Part shown: in pieces, positions 1 through 12,200 of the stretch
How the letters are laid out: each line of letters opens with the position of its first letter
How positions within the stretch are numbered: the stretch's first letter is position 1
Assembly (NCBI GenBank): GCA_030141605.1
Contig: JAQGDQ010000197.1
Location: forward strand, 186,001 to 250,000
Source of the DNA: Tubiluchus corallicola
Lineage: Eukaryota > Animalia > Priapulida
DNA length: 64,000 nucleotides
Reading direction: 5' to 3'
The notes under the pieces: generated by a model
Database searches by the model: none
The model's input: the letters and a program-made list of their open reading frames with translations, nothing else
Told to the model about the DNA's origin: nothing
Program-made: the position numbers and the translations under genes

Positions 1-162
1 TTTTATTTTTACATAGTATCTTCACAGTATTTAGATGTGTATCAAACCTACATATCGACCTGTATCTGAACTTTGTTCTAACCTTTTATGCCATGCTTCT
101 CTGTTTTTTTCACAATGAAATTTATATATGAATGATTAAAACATATATGTTTGTTTTCATAG

Positions 163-263
163 GAACAACAGTGAATGATATTCCAGACTTAACCCGTCAG
201 TACTTAATGTCGTGGCTGCGAGGCAATAAATGTTCTCTTTTGAATGGAGGACTTACTAATGAG
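163..263 (+). CDS. PPFIBP1: Liprin-beta exon, canonical N-terminal region
   Basis: ttttcatag|...gag|gtaaat, phase 1 to 0. (G)TTVNDIPDLTRQYLMSWLRG resembles the IPD-T---L--WL motif preceding the coiled coil in vertebrate liprin-beta; joins 8767 in frame. Confidence 0.8.
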
Positions 264-3200
264 GTAAATAATATCCCAATGGCAAATAAATGTAGTTGTA
301 TTATTTTTTCTGGTTTACACTGATAAGTTTGTTTCAGGAACAGAGTGGTCAGTTTCAAGTATCCTTACTTTCAACATACCAGGGAAATGTATATTTAAGC
401 ATATTGTTATCAAAATCCATACTCTCTCAAACTTGAGTTTTGAAGCAATTTTTAACTAAGCAACAGAAGAACTCTGCAAAATTTGTTAATGGCATTGCTC
501 TTGGTAAACTTAATGGTAAACTTGATCTTTCATTATATTTAAAAAATGATGCTGAGTTGTTGGTATTTTACATCTACAGCTGTTAACCATTTGTTTATTA
601 CTAGATACATGGCATCATTGTTCACTGCTTTGTAATTTATTGTTATAAAATTTCAGACTCACCACCAAAATTTTTGTTGTGGCTTCCATCATGTGACCTT
701 GAGTCTAGCTGATTTATTTTAAATCTTCCCCAATTCACTTTAGATCGTTTAAACTCGTTATTTTGTCAACATTTTAAGCACGTAAAATGATCAAAATGGT
801 GTTTCAGTCACAAGTGGCTTGCACTTAAGTTTCTTGTGCAGTAGTTGTGCATTAGGCTTCCGTGCATGTAGTCCTAAAATAGCCCAGACTAGGGCAAGCT
901 GTTGCAGAGCATGCAGTTTTCTCTTATGGTCCGTGGTTGCTTCCAAACTATCAGTGGTTCGTAAGACTTGGCTTAATACTACTAAGAGTACTAAATGTAC
1001 AGACTTCATGTTGGAAAACCTTTTGAGAGATTTTTGTTGTCTGCTTGATGCTATTGCGGTATTCTCATTATGGATCAGGTCTCCTGTGGTTCGCAAAGTT
1101 ATATTTTAACTAGATGCACGTGGGAGTATTAATGTAACTTGAGAAACTTCATGGTGCAGCTTTAAATCGCTTTTAACAGTCATAACGTGCACCCTGTAGG
1201 TGTGTAGGTCTGTGGTGTGGGTAAGTAAATGTAGTTATTGTAGATTTTTTCACTTAATAGAAATCAGAGTTTTTTTAAAACAAGCACTGGGTTGGTTATT
1301 CCTAGTGTCATTCCTAGTGTCCCAGATTAGCAGTTACGGCACTTTTGATTGTGATTATTTATTCAATCCAAAAATATATTTGTACAAGTACATGAATAAG
1401 ATCTTTTCATTCCTTTCATTTCATTCAAAGCAAAGTTTTTTTTCACACGCATTTAATGCATTTTTTAAAAAATCCATTTTCTTCAGGTTCCGTTTGAGCA
1501 GATGTGTTATCAGTTTGCATATGTTACCACTAGTATGTATAATATTTAAACATAGTCACCAACGGAGACAGTGGGAGTAAAACATTCCAAAGTTCATTGG
1601 TTATTTCATCAGGTTGTTTTCAAGTTTAGTTTGTTTTTATGCCCACATAATCAAGATTAATAGTAAAACTACTCAACATTTACTCAATGCTGGTAAATCA
1701 TCGTGTATTAGTAAGATATTTGATAATCCTTCTTTGTGAGTTTTGACATTTGGCCTTGTTCATTGCGTGATTAGTTCTATGTTTGTTGCCAGGCTGTTAA
1801 ACGTGCTATTCCCTCGATATTGTTATTCACCACTGTTTTTGATTTCTAGCAAAAACGTCAACTCACAGTTTAATAATTTAGGTGCTGGTAAAACTCGTAG
1901 ATGTCTTCATCTCAGAAATCTTTCTATCTCCTATGTGCCAACTGTGTGAATGTTTGATATCATTTAGAAGCTGCAGTTGCTTGTATGTTGGTTGCTGCAG
2001 ATATTCTATTTGTTGTCATGTTTATTTTTCGTGTTATGTTTATTCGCTTTGATGTGGGTGTACTAAATGGCCATGTCGGCATTTCAATTTTTCAAGTAAC
2101 AGGTGTCTTCAACCATAACAATTTACCACAAAGTTTATTATTGCAACACCTAAATGGCATTGGCTCTTCACAGCCATGTCCCTGTGGGATCAGCAGGGGT
2201 GTGCCCTGATTTACTAGTGGTGTTTCCATCCACAGAATGATCAGTATGTTGCGAGAGGGTGTCCATACATGCTGATCTCAGATCTGTCGTTATAGATATC
2301 AGCAGGGATTTACCAAGGAGGGGAGTAGTTGTCTGATCAGTAGAAGAGTGTAGAATGTGCTCTTAATGTATGCTGTATGTAAAACACTAAAGTAAGGGAC
2401 CATCCAAATATAATGATATAAAGTTTAGGCTAGGCAGGTGGCAGGAGACATGATCACTCCATTATAATGCAAGGTAGGTAGGTGATTTAGTCATGATATC
2501 GTTATTTGACTTAACGAACAACCAATTCGTCCAGCACGTCTGGCAGCGATGCAGAACAAGGAAAGGCTGGTTGTAATTGGCCGTGAGGACAAGGAACCTG
2601 CAGAATGGTTCGATGAGAATGAGTGCAGTAAATTGGGGCTGCCACCGCCTCCACTGCCGATACCAGTAGAATCCACTGATGGTTTCCCATTATGTGATGT
2701 CATTGCTTGACCATGAGAGCAGAAAGAACAAAATGTACAGAAAGTTACATCGGCGTGATATCAAATTATCAATATCAGTATAGGGTTAGGTAGTTAGTGG
2801 GGCATATCATAGCACCATTATAATGCAAGAGAGGTATGTCATCGAAATCGGCCGAAAACTTGATATCATCATACGTGGATGGTCCATAAAAGTTGATAAT
2901 TTGCTGTCATATTTGACAATCAACTCATTGCTGGTTTATGTAGATGACTGCATGTATGAAGTGATTCACAATTTCCTTGTTTATTAGTCCTCACTATTCA
3001 TGTATCACTTTGAATGTACTTTTTTTGAGGAAACTTCGTTTTGAAATTTTGCACTCTGCAGCACAGTGAAAAAATTTCTAAGGAGGGCTTGTCCAATTTG
3101 CTAGAGCTTTCTTTTCATTTTGTCTGCTCTATTATTGCATAAAGTGAACCATGCGAGTGTATTTAAATACAGTCATGCAAATAAACATGATAAATCAACA

Positions 3201-6200
3201 TAATACTTAGACATTTAAAGTCATGATGTTAAAGGTAATTTTTAAGTTACATAATTTCTGTCACTTTTTGGGTTTTTTCTATACAGTCTCTTGAGTTTGG
3301 CATCGACTCTGAAATCATGACATATGCAGTTGATTATTAAAATTGACCATCACTTGGGATAGGGTCACTCGCACATGTGCAGTAATTAAATCTGTGGGAA
3401 TACTGTGATACGTAAAGTTGTGGACTACGCTAAGATAACTTTACAGCGAGCAAAGCTTGCTGTACTGTGTTGTACTTTTATTTGTGTTTAGTTTTTTATT
3501 CTGTTCCAAACACTCCAAACCAGAATGTAGCATTCACTGGCAGATCTTATTTTGATGGTTGTGGTGGGATTGGCACCTGCCTCTTTATCAAAGCTCTAAG
3601 AGGACTAGGCAGTCTTCCCTTTTCAGGGTAAATATCCAGATTCAACATTGCCAATAAAACTGTTCAGAGCAAGTACTGAGCTAGTTTACCCATCCACTCA
3701 CTAGCCACTGTTAAGTTCGGTCATCAGCTGGATGTTGTGATCACTCAGCTATGCATTTCGCCTAGAATCTATCTGAAAAAACACTTCATCAGGTTATTGT
3801 TATATTTTAGTGATTATAGTACATTACGACATTTTCACTTTGTTGTAACATGTAGATGCGCTGAAATGTTATGCAGAGTTCTTATTTCACGAAATTGATC
3901 CATGTTTTTGCATGGCCCAGTATGATATTTGACCCAGCAATTTTACCATTCTGTAAATTCATCTAATAAGTTTGAGGTTACATGTAAACTAGCCAGATTT
4001 AGGATCAGTTACACATACGTGGCTCAAGTAGAACTAAGCAGGTCAACATATGCAGTGTTATTTTGACCACTGTGTTTATTCTTCACAACATACATGCACC
4101 ACTATATTCACCCTAGTCTTAATAGTAGGAAGCCAGAATCGGAGTAGCCCGTACACAGCTGCTGCAGGGTTTCCTTCCTATAAACATAGTGGGTACGGGG
4201 TCAGAGTGGCTTCTGATAAAGGTTTGGGTGTACCTGTGGGTTGGGTTCCTAAAAAGATTGGGGGTTGATCCTTTGGGTTAGCTTCCGGTATCATTTCATT
4301 GAACAGTGATTGAAATTGTGAATGCGTTGGAATCTGCTACTTGCACTTATATAACAAGTAAGCAAAGTTATTGGGATTAGTTTCTGAGTCATTTGTAAAT
4401 ATCAAAAATTGTGTTACCTTGAAATTGAAGTGCTAGTAATTATAACTGAGTAGTGGAGAAGATATCGGCATTTATGCTGCCTTAGGAAGAGCAAGGCCAC
4501 ATACATGCTTATTTTGTCTTGTTATGAAAGCAGTTTTATAACTGTCTCCTCGTGGTGGCGGTGTTGCTGTAATACAGTTTGAAAAGTGTTTACTGCAAAT
4601 AATTTCAGAGGCTGTACATTGCGATTGGTTAAATGAAATGTTGCAACTCTTCGCCTTGCAATAATTAATTTTCGCTTAGCATATAATTGATGTCTAATGT
4701 CTAGGATGTGCTGGAAAACAGTTTTATTTTGACTGTGAAATTCGTAATGAGCTTTTTCTACGTATTTACTCAACATCCTAAGGTTTTTGCATTGATGTTT
4801 GAAGTAGACAACCCTACTTCATCCAGAGCCCCTCGCAGCAAAGTAACAAATTGTGTGTGTGTGTGGGAGTAAAAACCGGAAAATGAGAAATGCTGCAATT
4901 TCTGGGTGTTTTTTTTAAAGTGAGCATCACTAGGACTTTCCTTAATTAACAGTTCGTAGATATTAATTTCAAAAGTCCATTTCTTGCCAGCTTCAGTGTA
5001 TCCCTGCTAGTGGTTCCACCAAGACTTTTGACAGCAGAGTTCAGTGTTATTGCCATGTTGCTCTATATATAGCTGCACATATGGTGTACATGCTTCTAAA
5101 TGCTTCACAGATTGTACTCTCCCTCAGATAACACTACAGTGTCGTCAAATACTGATGTGTTGTTGCTTGGTTGGTTTCTCAACCGAATTAATGTGTCTTT
5201 GAGTTAAGTTTTTCAAAAGTCCAGTGTTTCTGGTTTTACAGTGAGCTTTTAAGGACCAGTGGATGCATCAGACGAACGTGAATCGGTTATAATTACCTGC
5301 AGGACTCAGACTTCTTGTTTTATTATTAACTGATCAATAAAATTAATGCTTTGGTGGTGATCCTTTTTCACAAATTAACAAGTGTTGTGAAACATCTGTA
5401 CTACAGTCGTGTTTGCTGAATTTAGTCTTTCTAGTTTTTATTTTTTTTAAATTAAATTCAGTAGCTCAAGATCTTTTTTTCAATCGATGGACATTTTTAA
5501 TGCACCTGTAACAATGTAGAAACAAGAAAAGAACTCCGCTCGATCTAGAGTAAAAATTGTAAAATGTATTTATATCCCCGTTTTAAAAACATCGTGTTCG
5601 TTTTTGTAGACTGTCAAGCTTCTAGAGATTAAATGTTTCCGCTGTGTTTTCTCTTCACCAGTTAGCTTATTTTTTTAGTTTAACCCAGCAATATTTTGAC
5701 ACTTGGCTTGTATATTACATGTATTGCAATTTGAATAAAGTGGAACATTATACGTAACTAATATAGTATATACTAATAAGAACTAGAGATTAGAAGTGTA
5801 AGAATGTCACTAACATACTCAGATAGAACCCTGCTGGTGCTCTAGAAATGGTCCTCCTTAAAATTAGGGCAAGGATATTAAAATTTTTATTGTCAACATT
5901 TTACTGGCGGGTTGCTGGCATCTAGTAACCTCGTGTTACATTCCTTGTAACTATCTTCCAGATATAGCAGAAATAGGATTTAATGCACGTGGCATATTTT
6001 TTCTCATTTAGTAGGGTTGAAGTTTGTAGTTTTGAACTGTTAACCTGCTTTATGTCTGGAAATGGGAATTTTTAAAATATTTTTTAAGTTTTTTGTAACT
6101 AAAAAGTATTTTATAATAGAAGGTAATTTTGGAAAAAGAATATTTTCTGAATAGATTTTATTGCAAGTATAAGAGTTTTTTTAAGCATTATCCACTGTGA

Positions 6201-9200
6201 TCTTCTCTGAACTGCTGCTTTTTGGAATCCTTCTAAAATGAGCAATTCATTTAAATTAGATTGTGATGTTTTAACTATTCACTTAGTGGATGTGCAAGAA
6301 TTTTTTAAATTGCAGTTGCTAAATGTAAGATTATAGAAAGTCTGTGTTGCAGTTATACCCTAATTTCAAGACAAGGTTTGCACTGTGTGACTTCTGTGAT
6401 AATAGTTGTATATATTGTTGCTGAATTCTAAATCTGGCTCGGTAGTGTTAATTGCTTTACCATTTTCGGCATTGAATCTAAACACTTTATTGATTTTGCT
6501 AAGATTTTGTGGTTAAGATAAAGTTTTGTTAAAGTTTGTTTAGAGTGTTTGTCAAGACGGTAGAAAAATGGATGACAGTGATATGAGCAAAGAGGACGAA
6601 ATTCTTGCTGACCTGGAGAGGGAGATGCAAGGGACATCTGCTTCCACTCCAGGTCATACTCCCACCAGTGACGCACCACCTCCATCACCCACTGGACGCC
6701 CTTACAGAAGTCTTCCTCGTAATTATCAGCCACCAGTTTCTAATGAGCACATCATCGAGCGAGACTTGCGTCGAAAGTCTGGTGATTACACAGATATGCG
6801 AAGGTTCACATTCGATGGTTCACAGACGTCATCTCCGTCACGACGAGAGACTTACTCCGTCGACTACGATGATGATTATAGAACATATCCGTATCAACGG
6901 CGGGGAAAGTACGACGGTTTACCACCTGTGTACCCCAGTCCTCCTGGAAGGTCACATAGCCACACTCCATATTCGTATTCTGCTTGCCACTACCATGATG
7001 ATAGCTTTAGTCTTGTACCTCACATACCACATACTCACATTAGTCATATGCCAACTTATTATCCTTGGCGACCAGTCTATAAGGTACTTTATTTGCGTAT
7101 GCATAGAAGTGATGCTGCATGGAAGGGATAACTATTTAATATTCACCAGCTACTTATTCTTGCAACAAACAACTGTGTTTAGGAATCTTACATTTGTATG
7201 CTTGTCAGCTCTCACCTCAATAGCCAATTGTTGCAGATACAACTTAGCAAGATCATTATGAATATCTTTATCCAAACCTTGTAATAGTTTCGTGTCACAC
7301 TAACAGCCTGTCAGTTCAGTAAAAGGTGCATGTTTATTGTTTAGCTATCATCAAACTAACAGCATTGTCAGAAGCCAATAAACTGATATCTTTAATTATT
7401 GATTGGTAATTGATGAATTGATAGCTACTATAAATAACTAATTGAATTGAGAAGTGTAATTTTTGCAGACTTAGTTGTATTTTTTATTTGGGTAGTTCAC
7501 TAATGATTGCTTGAACATTTCTTATAATAACTTTTTTTGTATTTCAAGCTGTAGCATCCCATCCTTCAAACTTATGAAGCATCATCTGTCTTGTTTTTAG
7601 AGCAAATAACTCAGCATGTTGTGGATAGTTTTACTGTCTGCGCATATATTTTGCTAATACGTTCTGTATTAAATGCTGATGTTTAACTTATCCCAGTTAC
7701 TTTCCCACAAATATAAATTACCTATGTCATTTTATCTTTGGATATTTTCACATTGAAATCTTCTAATCATAAATGAAAGGCAAATCTTCAAAATGTGTGA
7801 CTGTAAATTTTTGGAATCCAAGTTATTCAAAGAAAACAACGTAGAAAACAATAAAAATTCCAGAAATCTTGAATCATTTGAGTCTGTGCCAAAATGAGTT
7901 TGCAAGTGTGATCCAGTTTTTTTAGTGGTACTTTCGTAATATACTGACACTTTCAACATTGAAAACATTCGTTAAAGTTGCAGTTACAGCAAATTTATTG
8001 GTAAATATGGACTTTTATTCAACTTTGTTTTTTACCATTGCATTCAGAAAAGTTTCTCTTAGTTACAGATAATTAATAGCTTCCCTCTGTTATGCTTTCT
8101 GAATTACTGCTGTGTTTACCTGCCTTGAGGGTAGATTTCTTTTATTTTAGAATTCTACCTGCATAATGTCTACAAAAGACATGACGGGCATTGTATTATC
8201 AAAAATATAACAAGCCTAGTGGGTTAGACAAAACTACTAAAATGATCCATCAAGTCTTATTGCTTGAGTCACCTGTGAACATAACGGAACTGGCACAACA
8301 GCTGTCTAGTGTCTGCTTCCTCTTTCTTAGTCCATAACATCAGATTTGTTTGAACTTTGGGGAAATTGAGCAGGACAGCTGTTAGCTTTTTTCTGCTTTG
8401 TCACATGCAAAAATTTGCCCGCCCTGTAATAAAAGAAAAACAGTTGTTTTACTCATAATGGCGCTAGATTTTTTAAATGAAAACTTGTGAGGTTACACTA
8501 AGTGAAGAAAGTAATTTTTATCTGTGTAATTCATTTTGTTTCTTAGCTTCTACTTTTGACGAATAGTACTTCACCTTTTCCATCTTATAGCTGTTTTATT
8601 GCATATTTTAAAACATGTCATGTCAGTACCGTCTTTAAAATTTCATTTCGCATTTTATTTAAAAAAATTTTTAGAAAGACGGATTAGTTTTTTGTCTTGT
8701 TGTGATTTTTAGCTGTTAATTTTTGTGCAAAATTATTATTATTTTTATAATTAATTGTGATTTCAGAGTTTGAGTTTGCCGTCTGCTGCAGAGTTGCAAG
8801 AGAAGGTAAAACGTTTAGAAACTGATAAAGCCAGCTTACAGTTGCAAGTAAGTTTGTGTCATGTAACCGTTTAACTGTTGAGATAGTTAATTAATTTAAT
8901 TTAAAAATTTTAGGTTTGGACTAACATGATTTGGGATCTTCCCCAACACAGCATACATATTTACACCAAAAGCTTATAAAGATATGTACATTACAAGGTA
9001 CATACAGTATGTACACATGTACGAAATTAAAAAAAAGTTATTCAAATTACACTTGTCTTACAGTGTGGCCCATTTGTAGTACGTTAACAGCATGCAAATT
9101 ATAAATAACTACAGTAAAAACAGACTGTATAATTTTTTGTTATGGATCTATATTTTGCTCAAACATTCTTGGGAATTTTTGTGAAAGCACCTCGAATTAC

Positions 9201-12200
9201 TAATATAGGTTTGTACATATTCGAAGATTTGCAGTTTAATTTGTAACTTATCTGTTCATCTCCAGCAAGTAGTAATTTTAGCAAGTAATGGTTATCGTTA
9301 TTAAGCAGTTGAACAATGTCAATATTTACAGGTGACAATATCTGCATCAGTTTGTCAAACATCATTGTTTTGTAATCATAGTATAAACTGGCCTTTGTTA
9401 CAGGAAATGTTCTATTGTCTCGAACGTTGACCCACACGCACAATTACGCATTACTAAGGGAGAACTTTTAACATTTTAGGAAGAAGTTCAACTGGCTATA
9501 GCCAACCCACATTCTAGTATGGAGCATAGAAGCCAGAGGCTCCCCAAATGACAAATGCTTACCATTTTTATTAAATTTCAAGTATTTTTTAATTTCCTGT
9601 TTGGATAGTTTGTAAGCTGCCAGTACGATTGTCCAGTATACTTGATGGTTTTGCACTGAAACACACCAAGTCAAACTAGATGCAGTCTCCTTGTAACACA
9701 ACAAGTTTGGTGTTATTGATTACTGTTTCTCAAATAAGATGTCTTGTTTGTTGATTAATTAATTAATTTTATAGGTGCAAGTGCTTTCTGATCAAGTTGA
9801 AGCGCAGACTGACAAGATAGAGGAATTAGAGAAAAGTTTGAATGAACGGCGTAGCAAGCTCAGTAGTGCAGAAGAACTACTCCAGCATGTAAGTGATTTC
9901 ATGCAATTCTGATGTGATTTTGTTCTAATTAAATAGAATAAAAACGTCTTTATAGAAGCTACTCTTCATAGCAAAACAGTGAAAAAAGAAAATTCTGTGC
10001 TATTGCCTATAAATAGTATGGAGGGAGTTTACAATTTAAATGTCCTAACCCGAACTCTATCCCTAATCCTAATCCCAACCCTAACTGTGAACCTAACTCT
10101 AATCCTAGCCATAATCCTAGTCCCATTCACGAATTAATTTCTTGTGTGTACGGAATTGTAAACTTTAGCCAATGGTTTCAACACTGTCAATATTACAGGA
10201 AATGGTAACACGTTCATCACTGGAGACTCATAAATTAGATTTAATGACAGAAATATCTAACATGAAATTAAGGCTTGCAGCTGCCGAAAAGGACAAACTT
10301 GAAATACAAGAAAATCTTCATTCTTCACAGGTAGAGTAACACCACATTTTTGATAAATTGATAAATGAATTATTAAAATATTTCGTACTTAAATAGTTTA
10401 AAGAGCAATACATGTTAGGGCCTTGTTAAATGATCGTTGACTTATTGTTTGTTGTCAGTGAACTGTCAATTGTGCATGTGTGCTACTAGCATGCTTGTTA
10501 CCAGCACCTGCATCTCTGAAATGCCTTGCATAAAAAATGGCTGCTGTAAATCTCAGTTCAGAGGTGTTTGATTGTGATGTAGTGCACATCTTCGAGAATT
10601 CATGCTTGAGCACAGTGGTAAACCTGAAATTTGAATTTTAAACTTAAAATTTGCCAAGTTTTTGTATATCACACTGAATGTTGTACGCTAGTACTGTACT
10701 TCAATTTATGCTTTTGCAAACACGTGCAGCACGCTCGTGATATGTTCGTGCTGTTGAAAATTACATTCACTTGTGATGCCATCACTAGTTCGGCTCACCA
10801 GCGGTTAATAAAGTTCTTAATTTATTATTTAAATATCAAAATACTTTGGCATTATTGTAGGTGTTGAAATGTACACCTTTTGCTGTCTTCAGAATTAGAA
10901 TATGAAAAATCAACTTGTTTTCCTTTAAATTTACCAATCTTGCATATACTTTATAGATAGAGTTAAAGTTACTGCAATCAAAATTAACAGATCGGGATTA
11001 TGAAATCAGAGGACTGAAGAATTACAAGAGAGGAGACAGCTCACCTACTAAGTCGTCATTCCTTACCAATTATGCTGCTGAGTCAGGTATCACATTGTTA
11101 CCATTATTTAATGACATATTATAGTTTTTATTAATGTCATAAATGTATGTATGTTGTGTAAACATGTCAAAATTTTGTGTAAGAGGTGGATTTTTGTATT
11201 ATAAAAAGCCAAGTAAACATTTTTAGATTGTTTTTATTATTTGTAGTACATGCTATGCATATTTTTGCAATTTCTGTTATTGTATACTTATTACATTTTT
11301 GTATAGCTTCATTAGATTTTGTTTTTACATACATAACTTTGAGAAGCGCTTTATAGAAAATGCACAAGAATGAGACAAACATATTACATTTTTTGTGTTT
11401 TTTAAGCTGCTATACATTCATACTTACAGAAAGCGTAGCTGGGGTATTAAATACAACGAGTAGGCTCAGACGTAGAAGTAAGCGTGATAACTTGATCATA
11501 CATGGCTAGGTTATTTAGATTGTATAAGTAGATCCATTGTAACAAATAACTTACCACACTTATGTATATGTATGGCATAATATAGGTAGTTATAATCAGT
11601 GTTAGCATAACTGTTTATAGATATTTGACTAAGAAAAACTGGTAATTTTTTTTTCTATTGGACTGTGATTAGAATCTATAACATCTACTAAAAATTAACG
11701 ACAGGATGCTCTTGATAACTTAATAAAACCCCATTTGGATTAAAAATTTCTGTGCGTATTAGTCAAAAATGAAATGCAACAAATTTACTTTTTAATGTTT
11801 CACTTTTTAACCTTAACATTTTTAATTGTCTTTCTATAACTGCCATTTTCTTGTAGTATTTGCAGCTTTGCACCATCCCACTTTTGCTAAAACTTTGCTG
11901 AGTTCTGCTGGAACATTGTTACTTCTTAATAGAATTTACTCTCAATTTTTGATATATACATATTTTCAGTTTTAAATACAATCTGTGATTACAAAATGTA
12001 AGTGTGTTCTAGGGTATTATTACTTGTGCGAATACAACTTTTCAAAGTGTAACATAGAAAACCTGACCTCAGAATAATTTGACTTTGAAATCTTTACACA
12101 TTTTTACTGCAGTCAATCTGTAATTATTATTATGTGAATATATTTGAAACTTTAATGATGCTGCAATTATTTAAAACAACTGAGCTCACTTAAATCATTT

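Noticed and set aside
791-1580. ORFs of 96-126 aa as genes
   Set aside because: Overlap decayed LINE sequence or T-rich intron; no splice or domain support as host genes.
4307-4357. 51-nt AG...GTAAGC exon candidate
   Set aside because: Stops in the needed frame; could be a UTR exon but nothing else supports it.
6428-6733. 101-aa antisense ORF
   Set aside because: Largely the shadow of the GC-richer + strand exon; no recognisable motif.
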